Source: Sphingomonas sp. (GTDB lineage Bacteria > Pseudomonadota > Alphaproteobacteria > Sphingomonadales > Sphingomonadaceae). Taken from it: a stretch of 64,000 bases of DNA. The position numbers and the translations under genes were made by a program. Below are positions 46,874 through 54,745 of this stretch, piece by piece. Location: positions 52,774 to 116,773 of the forward strand of contig JBQCHQ010000025.1 in NCBI GenBank assembly GCA_051954515.1. Direction: 5' to 3'. Position 1 is the stretch's first letter; every line of letters begins with the position of its first letter. The notes beneath the pieces were generated by a model. It had not been told where the DNA came from. It did no database searches and was given only the letters and a program-made list of their open reading frames with translations.

Positions 46874-47356
46874 ATGGCCGATCCGCGGATCATCGACGTG
46901 CAGTTGGACGAGCGCACCATTCTGTGGCGCAACGCGGATATCGAGCAGGAACGCCGCATCGCCATTTACGACCTGATCGAGAGCAACCATTTCGCCCCGC
47001 AAAAGCCGCATCCCGACGGCTATGCCGGCCCCTACAAGCTCGCCCTCAGCGTCGAGGAGGGACGGCTCGCGCTGCGCATCGACCGCGAGGACGGCAGCCC
47101 GCTCGAAACCCATATCCTCGGGCTCGGCCGCTTCCGTCGGCCGATCAAGGACTATTTCGCGATCTGCGACAGCTATTATCAGGCGATTCGCGCCGCGACG
47201 GCGCAAGCGATCGAGACGGTGGACATGGCGCGCCGCGCGATCCACAACGAGGCCGCCGACCTGCTCAAGGAACGGCTGGCGGGCAAGATCGAGGTCGATT
47301 TCGATACCGCGCGGCGGCTCTTCACCTTGATCTGCGTTCTGCACATACGGGGGTAA
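46874..47356 (+). CDS. UPF0262 family protein
   Basis: ER.IAIYDL, DYFAICDSYY, ARRAIHNEAA, ARRLFTLICVLH. Confidence 0.9.
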   Translation: MADPRIIDVQLDERTILWRNADIEQERRIAIYDLIESNHFAPQKPHPDGYAGPYKLALSVEEGRLALRIDREDGSPLETHILGLGRFRRPIKDYFAICDSYYQAIRAATAQAIETVDMARRAIHNEAADLLKERLAGKIEVDFDTARRLFTLICVLHIRG

Positions 47357-47360
47357 GTGC

Positions 47361-48047
47361 GTGACATTCCTGAAGACACGGATCGGGCGAGCGATCGCCG
47401 GACTGATCGTGCTGGCGCTCGTCGCGGCGGCGCTGTGGGTCTATGCCACCGGCTGGGCTCCGGCAGCCGCCAAATATCCGATCCAGGGCGTCGATGTGTC
47501 GGAAGCGCAAGGCGAGATCGTCTGGACGACGCTCGCCGCGCGCGGCGCCGATTTCGCCTATGTCCGCGCGACCAGCGGCGCGCATGGCCGTGACGCGCGC
47601 TTTCTCGACAATTGGCGAGGCGCGGCGGCGGCGGGGCTGCGCCGCGGCGTCATCCACCATTGGTCGTTCTGCGACGGCGGCGACGCGCAAGCCGACAATT
47701 TCGTCACCACGGTGCCACGCGACGGCAACGCGCTTCCCGCGGTGCTCGACCTCGATTTCACGCCGGATTGCGACGCGCGCCCCGACCGAGCGGCGCTGAT
47801 CGCGCAAGTGAAGGCCTTCCTTGTCGTCGCCGAAACGCATACGGGCGAACCGATGCTGCTCAAGATCACCAAGCCGGTCGAGCGCGCCTATCAACTGAGC
47901 GCTGCGATCCCCCGTCCCGTCTGGGAGGTCCGCACCTTCTTCACGCCGGATTACGCCGTTCGGCCGTGGCGGCTGTGGCAGGCCAGCGGCATTCGCCGAG
48001 TCGACGGCGTCGGCGGCCCGCTTCATTGGGACGCGGTGGCGCCATGA
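47361..48047 (+). CDS. GH25 muramidase-family protein, N-terminally anchored
   Basis: TM anchor, QGVDVS, FAYVRAT, QADNF, LPAVLDLD, WRLWQ. Confidence 0.85.
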   Translation: MTFLKTRIGRAIAGLIVLALVAAALWVYATGWAPAAAKYPIQGVDVSEAQGEIVWTTLAARGADFAYVRATSGAHGRDARFLDNWRGAAAAGLRRGVIHHWSFCDGGDAQADNFVTTVPRDGNALPAVLDLDFTPDCDARPDRAALIAQVKAFLVVAETHTGEPMLLKITKPVERAYQLSAAIPRPVWEVRTFFTPDYAVRPWRLWQASGIRRVDGVGGPLHWDAVAP

Positions 48048-48487
48048 CCACCCCCGCCGACCTGATCGCCGCCGCTCGCGCCGCCGCGCGCCACGCCCAT
48101 GCCCCTTATTCGAATTTCGCGGTCGGCGCCGCGCTGCTGCTCAGCGACGGCAGCATCGTCACCGGCTGCAATTTCGAGAATGCGAGCTATGGTCTGTCGC
48201 TGTGCGCCGAAACGGTCGCGCTCGCCACCGCCAATGCGCAGGGCCACCTCGCCGATATCATCGAGATCGGCGTGATCGGCGGACTGATCGTCGATGGCAA
48301 ACCCGTCGGCAGCGATCCGGTCGGCCCCTGCGGGCGCTGCCGTCAGATCATCAACGAAGCCGCGCAGATCGGCGGGCGCGACATCGTGATCCACTGCGCC
48401 GGCGCCGAGGGCGAACAAATCGCCACCTATCGCCTGTCCGAGTTGCTGCCCCACGCCTTCGGCCCGGCCGATCTGGGGATCGCCTGA
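48044..48487 (+). CDS. cdd: Cytidine deaminase
   Basis: APYSNFAVGAA, ENASYG, CAE, PCGRCRQ, LLPHAF. Confidence 0.94.
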   Translation: MTTPADLIAAARAAARHAHAPYSNFAVGAALLLSDGSIVTGCNFENASYGLSLCAETVALATANAQGHLADIIEIGVIGGLIVDGKPVGSDPVGPCGRCRQIINEAAQIGGRDIVIHCAGAEGEQIATYRLSELLPHAFGPADLGIA

Positions 48488-48628
48488 GCGCATATACGAA
48501 GGACCGCGCCGGACCTACTTGCCAAGCGTCACGAAGCTGTCATAGTTGAGCAAGGCGCAGCGTCTTTGCGCGGGGGTCGACATACCCTCTTGACGAAGCC
48601 TGCCGCATGCGCGAAGCGTCGCCCCGCT

Positions 48629-49012
48629 ATGAAGTCTCTCCCCTTGATGACCGCCGCCGCCGCGCTCGCCTTGTCGCTGGGTGCGTGCCAGAAGAAGCAA
48701 CCCGAAGTGATCGACACTACGGCCCCCGATCCGTTGGCGTCGCAGCTTGCGAATGCCGCGCCGGTCGAACTGCCGCCGGCGATCGTCGCGACCGTGGCCT
48801 TCCGCTGCAAGGACAACAGCCTGCTCCATGTCGACTTCTTCAAGGGCAATACCCAGGCGAACCTGCACCCCGACAAGGGCGGCTCGACCGTCGTGCTCAA
48901 GGCCGACAAGGACGGCGATCCGCTGACCGGCAACGGCTATACGATGACCGGCAACCAGGACAAGATTTCGCTCACCCAGCCGGACGGCAAGACGCTCGAG
49001 TGCCACCACTGA
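48629..49012 (+). CDS. Lipoprotein, possible MliC/PliC-like fold
   Basis: Lipobox LGAC; beta-rich domain bracketed by FRC and LEC. Confidence 0.75.
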   Translation: MKSLPLMTAAAALALSLGACQKKQPEVIDTTAPDPLASQLANAAPVELPPAIVATVAFRCKDNSLLHVDFFKGNTQANLHPDKGGSTVVLKADKDGDPLTGNGYTMTGNQDKISLTQPDGKTLECHH

Positions 49013-49036
49013 GCTCAGCCATCGCGGAATGAACCC

Positions 49037-49068
49037 AAGGGCTGGCGGGCAACCGCCGGCCCTTTTTC
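49037..49068 (+). terminator. Intrinsic terminator
   Basis: aagggctggcgg-GCAA-ccgccggccctt-ttt. Confidence 0.8.
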
Positions 49069-49092
49069 ATTGAGCGTGCCGTCTGCCCAAAA

Positions 49093-49147
49093 CCGTCATG
49101 CCGAACTTGCTTCGGCATCCATGTCCCGCCCCGGCGAAGGCCGGGGC
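49093..49147. repeat. Remnant REP units (one family B-like and one family C-like hairpin)
   Basis: ccgtcatgccgaacttgcttcggcatcc and gccccggcgaaggccggggc. Confidence 0.7.
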
Positions 49148-49280
49148 TTCAGTAGCGCGCCGACCATAACTGGGCCCGGCCGTCGCCGTGGTGAGTCGAA
49201 CGATAGTCTGGCCCGTCGCCGGGATGTCGTCCCCCCAAAACCCCTTGTCTGCGCTCGCGTCCCCCTTCACCATGGCGGCG

Positions 49281-50054
49281 ATGACCGCTCTCGATCCGCA
49301 GCTCGTGCTCGGCGCCTATGCGGTCGGCGTGTTTCCGATGGCCGATCACCGCGAGGCGGCCGGAGTCTATTGGGTCGAGCCCAAGGAACGCGCGATCCTG
49401 CCGCTCGACAGCTTTCGGCCGTCGCGCTCGCTGCGCAAGACGATCGCCGCCGATCGTTTCCGCGTCACCGCCGATACCGCCTTCGAAGCGGTGATCGAGC
49501 TCTGCGCCGAATCGACCGCCAATCGTCCCGAAACCTGGATCAACCATCCGATCGAGGACGTGTTCGTCACGCTCCACCGCCTAGGCTACGCGCATTCGAT
49601 CGAATGCTGGGATGGCGAGCGGCTGGTCGGCGGCCTCTATGGGCTCGCGCTCGGCCGCGCCTTTTTCGGTGAAAGCATGGTCAGCCGCGCGACCGACGCC
49701 TCGAAGGTCGCCCTCGCCTGGCTGGTCGCGCGGTTGAAGGCGGGCGGCTTCACCCTCCTCGATTGCCAGTTCCAGACCGATCATCTCGCCTCGCTGGGCG
49801 CGATCGAGATTTCGCGGCGCGATTACCTCGCGTTGCTCGGCGACGCGCTCGGCGGCGCCGCGGGCGCCGGGGCGGGCGCGGCAGTCGGCACCACTGCCTC
49901 ATCGGCGGTATCGTCGACCGCGCCGGCCTCATCGGCCGGTGCCGCCGATTTCTTCGCGCTCGACCCGCCCGAGCCGAGGATCGACGCCGCCGACACGCTG
50001 TTGGGGCCGCTATCTGGCCGCGACATTTTGCAGCTCTTCGGCCAGACGTCGTAG
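49281..50054 (+). CDS. aat: Leucyl/phenylalanyl-tRNA-protein transferase
   Basis: AYAVGVFPM, ETWIN, AHSIECW, GGLYG, FFGESM, DASKVA, LDCQ. Confidence 0.94.
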   Translation: MTALDPQLVLGAYAVGVFPMADHREAAGVYWVEPKERAILPLDSFRPSRSLRKTIAADRFRVTADTAFEAVIELCAESTANRPETWINHPIEDVFVTLHRLGYAHSIECWDGERLVGGLYGLALGRAFFGESMVSRATDASKVALAWLVARLKAGGFTLLDCQFQTDHLASLGAIEISRRDYLALLGDALGGAAGAGAGAAVGTTASSAVSSTAPASSAGAADFFALDPPEPRIDAADTLLGPLSGRDILQLFGQTS

Positions 50055-50542
50055 ATCGCATTCTGGACGACGTTGAGCTCGGGCCGCTCCTTGTAGAGCC
50101 AGCCCGAGAAGACGCGCCGCCATTGCTGGTCGGTCTGCTTCACGTCGACCTGGACGAAGGCGCCGGTCAAGTCCTGCGGCTCCCACGGCGCGGTCGTATC
50201 GCAGGCGCGCAGGCGAATCACCGCATCGCCGACGCGGACCGCCTGGCCCGGCTTCATCGTGATGTCGCGCGTGTCGCCGTTGCGCTTGTTGAGCACGCCG
50301 AGCACCGCGACTCGCTCGGCCATCGGTGTCGCACCGGCTTCGGTGTCGGTCGATTGCGGCGTGTCGATGGTGACGACGCCCGAACTCGATACGCTCTCAG
50401 CCGACTCGCTTGGCGATGGGCTGGGCGTCGGCGCCGCCTGCGCCTCGGCAGTGCCGTCATGCCACCATGTCGCGCCCGCCCAGGCACCGGCCGCGACAAT
50501 CGCCGCCAGCCCAACTCCGCCGGCGAACCAGCGGCGTGTCAC
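49823..50542 (-). CDS. DUF2155 domain exported protein
   Basis: VLGVLNK, LRAC, FSGWLY, YDVWPKSC; GTGA overlap with the NDUFA12 gene. Confidence 0.85.
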   Translation of the reverse strand: MTRRWFAGGVGLAAIVAAGAWAGATWWHDGTAEAQAAPTPSPSPSESAESVSSSGVVTIDTPQSTDTEAGATPMAERVAVLGVLNKRNGDTRDITMKPGQAVRVGDAVIRLRACDTTAPWEPQDLTGAFVQVDVKQTDQQWRRVFSGWLYKERPELNVVQNAIYDVWPKSCKMSRPDSGPNSVSAASILGSGGSSAKKSAAPADEAGAVDDTADEAVVPTAAPAPAPAAPPSASPSNAR

Positions 50543-50931
50543 CCTTCGGGGCTCCATGCTTCATAATCGCCGGTCGCAGCCGCGCGCCGGCCACCCTTTT
50601 CGAGCGCACCCGGGGGGCGATAAGCGAGAGCCGTGCCGGTCATGTTCGGCACAGCGGGCTTTTCGAAGCCGCGGATCGGCGGCAGCGCGCGCTCGGGCAC
50701 GTCGTCGATCTGGTGGTGCAGCCAGCTGAACCATTCGGGCGAGACGCGGCTGGCGTCGTTCGAGCCCTTGTAGATCACCCAGCGGCGCGGAATGCCGTTG
50801 GGATCCTCGCCGCCCTCGAAATAGACGTTGCCCAGCGCATCCTCGCCGACGCGAGTCTTGCCGCGCAGCCCCATCCAGGTGCCGAAGGTGATGCCGTCCC
50901 ACCAGGTGAAGGCGTTCTTGAGGAGTCCCAT
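50539..50931 (-). CDS. NDUFA12 family (NADH:ubiquinone oxidoreductase 17.2 kDa subunit)
   Basis: VGEDALGNVYF, RRWVIY, PEWFSWLHH, PNMTGT, YEAWSP. Confidence 0.92.
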   Translation of the reverse strand: MGLLKNAFTWWDGITFGTWMGLRGKTRVGEDALGNVYFEGGEDPNGIPRRWVIYKGSNDASRVSPEWFSWLHHQIDDVPERALPPIRGFEKPAVPNMTGTALAYRPPGALEKGGRRAAATGDYEAWSPEG

Positions 50932-51000
50932 ACACCGCCGCTTAGCCGCCCCGACGCGGAGCCGCAACAGGGGGGTGTAGGGAATTGAAGGAGATTACCT

Positions 51001-51080
51001 GATCCGTTCGCCCTGAGCTTGTCGAAGGGCGATTGCCGAGCCGCGGTAACGGGTTTCGACAGGCTCAGCCCGAACGGATC
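51001..51080. repeat. Family A palindromic element (best-preserved copy)
   Basis: gatccgttcgccctgagcttgtcgaagggc ... tttcgacaggctcagcccgaacggatc. Confidence 0.88.
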
Positions 51081-51095
51081 GGGACGCCGAGAATC

Positions 51096-51572
51096 TCAAT
51101 TCCACCGCACCTTGTCGCCCTCGGCGATGCCCAGCGCCGAGGCGCGCCCGCCCTTGAGCTCGAGAACCGCCGCGACTGGCTCGCCCGAGGGGATCGGGGT
51201 CTGGTCGAACGGTACCGCGTTTTCGGCAATCCGGGCAATGCTGTGATCGGCGCGGATGAAGATGATGTCGAGCGGGCTCGGCGTGTTCTTCATCCAGAAA
51301 TTGGCCTCGCGCGGCGGCCCGCCCTCGGGCGGATAGGGCGCGAACAGCATGCCGCCGTCATCGGCAAGGTCGGTGCGGTACATCAGCCCGCGTTCCTGCT
51401 CTGCGGCAGTGCGTGCGGTCTCGACGGTGAAGACGTGCGGCCCGTTGGCGCTGGCGATCGTCACTTGCACGGTCTTGGCCGGCGCTTCGGTCGCCACCGC
51501 GGCGGCATCATGCCCCCTGCACCCGGCGAGCGCGAGCAGACCGAGCGCGGCCGCACCGACGACAGGCCTCAC
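51096..51572 (-). CDS. DUF192 family lipoprotein
   Basis: LAGC; ERGLMYR, GMLF, FWMKNT..PLDIIF, VLEL.GG. Confidence 0.9.
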   Translation of the reverse strand: MRPVVGAAALGLLALAGCRGHDAAAVATEAPAKTVQVTIASANGPHVFTVETARTAAEQERGLMYRTDLADDGGMLFAPYPPEGGPPREANFWMKNTPSPLDIIFIRADHSIARIAENAVPFDQTPIPSGEPVAAVLELKGGRASALGIAEGDKVRWN

Positions 51573-52162
51573 GCGTCCTCCTCGACCACCACCGCGAGCG
51601 GCCCCTTGCGCGCGTCGACGATTCGCGCGCGAAGCGGCTGATCGGGCTCGACCTCGCCCACCCCGCCGCGCCGCAGCGTCTCGACATGAACGAAGATATC
51701 GGGCGAGTCGTTGTCGCGGATCAGGAAGCCATAGCCTTTAAGGCGGTTGAACCATTTGACCCTGACCGGCTCGAACGGTCCGGCCGCGCCGAGCAGTTCG
51801 TCGAGCTCCGCCTGGTTCGCGCCGCTGCCCGCCCGCGGCGCCGGCTCGACCGCGTTGGTCAAGTCGATCGACAGCACCTCGCGCGCCTGCAGCCCGCGCT
51901 CGCGCTGCACCGCCACGCATTCGACCCTTGCGCCCTCGGGCAGGCTGCGCCGTCCATGCGGCTGCAACACCGAGAAATGGACGAGGATATCGCCCACCTC
52001 GGGATCGTCGGCGACGATGAATCCGAAGCCGCGAGTGACGTCGAACCATTTGAGCGTGCCGGCGAACTGCTCGCCGTCATCCTCCGCCTCGGCCAGCCGC
52101 ACGGGCTCACCCGATTCAGTGTCGGATTCCAGCATCTGAGGTTGAGGCTCGGCACGCATCAT
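51569..52162 (-). CDS. Cold-shock protein with two CSD domains
   Basis: [12 protein letters not shown]...VHFS and [12 protein letters not shown]...FVH. Confidence 0.9.
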   Translation of the reverse strand: MMRAEPQPQMLESDTESGEPVRLAEAEDDGEQFAGTLKWFDVTRGFGFIVADDPEVGDILVHFSVLQPHGRRSLPEGARVECVAVQRERGLQAREVLSIDLTNAVEPAPRAGSGANQAELDELLGAAGPFEPVRVKWFNRLKGYGFLIRDNDSPDIFVHVETLRRGGVGEVEPDQPLRARIVDARKGPLAVVVEEDA

Positions 52163-52252
52163 CACAATCCCCCCGCCAAAGACTAGCACAGGGTGCAGCG
52201 ATGGCAAAAACTAGATGCCCAATATCGGCACATATGTGAACCTCGGGCGCGT

Positions 52253-52783
52253 TCATTCGACAGAAAATGTCTCGAACGGCTCGCCCGGCGCCATATCGAC
52301 AATGCGCCGCGCGAGCGCGAAATCGTGCCCGCCCCGCACCATCTGGGCGAGTTGCTTCTCGCGCAGCACGCGATCGGGCACCGCCGCGGCGAATGGCCCG
52401 ATCCGCTTGCGCCGCGCCAGCGCCAGCGCGGCATCGAGCGCGCTTTCGGCGATCTCGGGCGCCACCGCCTCGGCGTCCTCGGCATCAATTCCCGCGGCGT
52501 GGAAGGCCTGCGCAACCCGCCGCGGTCCCAGCCCGCGCCGCGCCATCGATCGTGCCTTGGCTTCGGCGAAGGCAAGGTCGTCGACATAGCCGAGCTCAGC
52601 CATCCGCGCCGCGATAGCCGCCGTGTCGACCGTCGGGCCGTCCCAGCCGCGCTCGCGGATCTTGCGATCGAGATAGGCGGCAAGCTTGGCCCGCGTGGTG
52701 GCGAACCGCTCGACGTAACGCAGCGCCAGCCGATCGAGCGAGTCGCGGTCGAGCGGAGGCGGTATGCGATGGCGAGCGGGCAT
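52253..52783 (-). CDS. recX: Regulatory protein RecX
   Basis: LALRYVERF, GYVDDLAFA, RRGLGPRR, ARRKRIGPF. Confidence 0.87.
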   Translation of the reverse strand: MPARHRIPPPLDRDSLDRLALRYVERFATTRAKLAAYLDRKIRERGWDGPTVDTAAIAARMAELGYVDDLAFAEAKARSMARRGLGPRRVAQAFHAAGIDAEDAEAVAPEIAESALDAALALARRKRIGPFAAAVPDRVLREKQLAQMVRGGHDFALARRIVDMAPGEPFETFSVE

Positions 52784-52807
52784 TGCGCCTTGTTTGTGCC
52801 ACAGTCG

Positions 52808-52822
52808 GAACGGATTTTGAAC
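52808..52822 (-). promoter_or_regulatory. LexA (SOS) box upstream of recX
   Basis: Perfect GTTC-aaaatcc-GTTC on the minus strand, 24 nt before the recX ATG. Confidence 0.55.
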
Positions 52823-52896
52823 GCCAGCGCGGAGCACAGGCTCAGGTTGGACCATGCAGGGTCTCCTGACGATGGCCGCGATAAGGGCGCGATACA

Positions 52897-54660
52897 ATGA
52901 TGGCTGAGCAACTCGATCGACTGGAAGAGGGCACGCGCGCGACGGCGCCGACCCCCACCGACGACGCGCTGCCGCGGCGGCTCTCCGATTTCGGCACGCT
53001 GGGCGAAGCGCTGGATTATGCCGCCAAGGGTGCGCGCGGGCTCAATTTCCACGATCCCCGCGGCAATTTGACCCGTGCCTATCGCTTCGCCGAGCTGCGC
53101 CACGACGCGCTTGAGGCCGCATACCGCCTCATCGCTTCGGGCGTCGCACCCGGCGATCGCATCGCCTTGGTCGCCGAAACCAGCCCCGAATTCGCGGCCT
53201 TGTTCTTCGGCACGGTCTATGCCGGGGCCTGGCCGGTGCCGCTGCCGCTGCCGACCTCGTTCGGCGGGCGCGATTCCTATGTCGAGCAGCTCCGCGTCCA
53301 GCTCGGCAGCTGCGATCCCAAATTACTGATCTACCCGCCCGAGCTCGCGGACATGGCGGGCCAGGCCGCCGCGCTGGTCGGCGTCGAAGGGATCGACTGG
53401 GCCGCCTTTGCCGAGCGCGTCGCGCCCGAAACGCCGCTTCCCGCCGCGACTGCCGACGACATCGCCTATCTGCAATATTCGAGCGGCTCGACGCGCTTCC
53501 CGCACGGCGTCGTCATCACCCACCGGGCGCTGCTCAACAACCTCGCCGCGCACAGCCACGGCATGCAGCTCGTCGCCAGCGACCGCTGCGTCTCCTGGCT
53601 GCCCTGGTATCACGACATGGGGCTGGTCGGCTGCTTCCTCTCACCGGTCGCCAATCAGGTTTCGACCGATTATCTCAAGACCGAGGATTTCGCGCGCCGC
53701 CCGCTCGCCTGGCTCGATCTGATCAGCCGCAACCAGGGCACCACCCTCTCTTATTCGCCGACTTTCGGCTACGACATCTGCGCGCGCCGCATGTCGAGCC
53801 AGACCAAGGCTTCGGAACGCTTCGACCTTTCCCGCTGGCGCGTCGCCGGCAACGGCGCCGACATGATCCGGCCCGACGTCATGCAGGCCTTCGTGGACGC
53901 CTTCGCCGATGCCGGCTTCCAGGCCTCCGCTTTCCTGCCGAGCTACGGCCTCGCCGAAGCGACGCTCGCCGTCTCGATCATGCCCCCGGGCGAAGGCATC
54001 CGCGTCGAATTGGTCGAGGAAACCCAGCTCTCGGGCGTTCCCGCTGGCCATGACCGCCCGCAACGCTATCGCGCGATCGTCAATTGCGGCAAGCCGGTTA
54101 AGGACATGGCCGTCGAGGTCCGCGAGGAAGACGGCACGCCGCTCCCCGACGGTGCGATCGGCAAGGTCTGGTGTTCGGGCCCGTCGGTGATGAGCGGCTA
54201 TTTCCGCGACGAGGAAGCGACCGCTGCCTGCATGGCCAACGGCTGGCTCGATACCGGTGACATGGGCTACATCTCAAACGGTTACATCTACATCGTCGGC
54301 CGTGCCAAGGACATGATCATCGTCAACGGCCGCAACCATTGGCCGCAGGACATCGAATGGGCGGTCGAGCAGCTTCCCGGCTTCAAGGCCGGCGACATCG
54401 CCGCCTTCGCGATCACCACGCCGGGCGGCGAAGAAACGCCCGCGGTGCTGGTCCAGTGCCGCACCTCCGACGATGCCGAGCGCGCGCGCCTGCGCGACGA
54501 AATCCGCGAGCGAGTGCGTTCGGTCACCGGCATGAACTGCGTGATCGAGCTCGTGCCCCCGCGCACGCTGCCGCGCACCAGCTCGGGCAAGCTCTCCCGC
54601 GCCAAGGCCCGCAACCTCTACCTCGCCGGCGAGATCAAGCCCTACGCGATTGCGGCGTGA
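52897..54660 (+). CDS. Fatty acyl-AMP ligase (FAAL)
   Basis: YLQYSSGSTRFPHGV, SWLPWYHDMGL, SYGLAEATL, DTGD, PRTSSGKLSR. Confidence 0.9.
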   Translation: MMAEQLDRLEEGTRATAPTPTDDALPRRLSDFGTLGEALDYAAKGARGLNFHDPRGNLTRAYRFAELRHDALEAAYRLIASGVAPGDRIALVAETSPEFAALFFGTVYAGAWPVPLPLPTSFGGRDSYVEQLRVQLGSCDPKLLIYPPELADMAGQAAALVGVEGIDWAAFAERVAPETPLPAATADDIAYLQYSSGSTRFPHGVVITHRALLNNLAAHSHGMQLVASDRCVSWLPWYHDMGLVGCFLSPVANQVSTDYLKTEDFARRPLAWLDLISRNQGTTLSYSPTFGYDICARRMSSQTKASERFDLSRWRVAGNGADMIRPDVMQAFVDAFADAGFQASAFLPSYGLAEATLAVSIMPPGEGIRVELVEETQLSGVPAGHDRPQRYRAIVNCGKPVKDMAVEVREEDGTPLPDGAIGKVWCSGPSVMSGYFRDEEATAACMANGWLDTGDMGYISNGYIYIVGRAKDMIIVNGRNHWPQDIEWAVEQLPGFKAGDIAAFAITTPGGEETPAVLVQCRTSDDAERARLRDEIRERVRSVTGMNCVIELVPPRTLPRTSSGKLSRAKARNLYLAGEIKPYAIAA

Positions 54661-54705
54661 TCTGATCGATGGTGCTTTAATTTTCAGGCTTTTCGGTCGA
54701 GCACA

Positions 54706-54721
54706 CTAACCTTCCGATAAC
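54706..54721 (+). promoter_or_regulatory. Possible degenerate CtrA box upstream of the GGDEF-EAL gene
   Basis: CTAA-ccttccg-ATAAC versus TTAA-N7-TTAAC. Confidence 0.35.
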
Positions 54722-54745
54722 CAGCGGCGCGCTACGTGCGGACGG

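Noticed and set aside
47361-48047. GH25 as a prophage endolysin serving the toxin
   Set aside because: It sits in a UPF0262-GH25-cdd housekeeping operon with no holin or phage genes, about 45 kb from the toxin.
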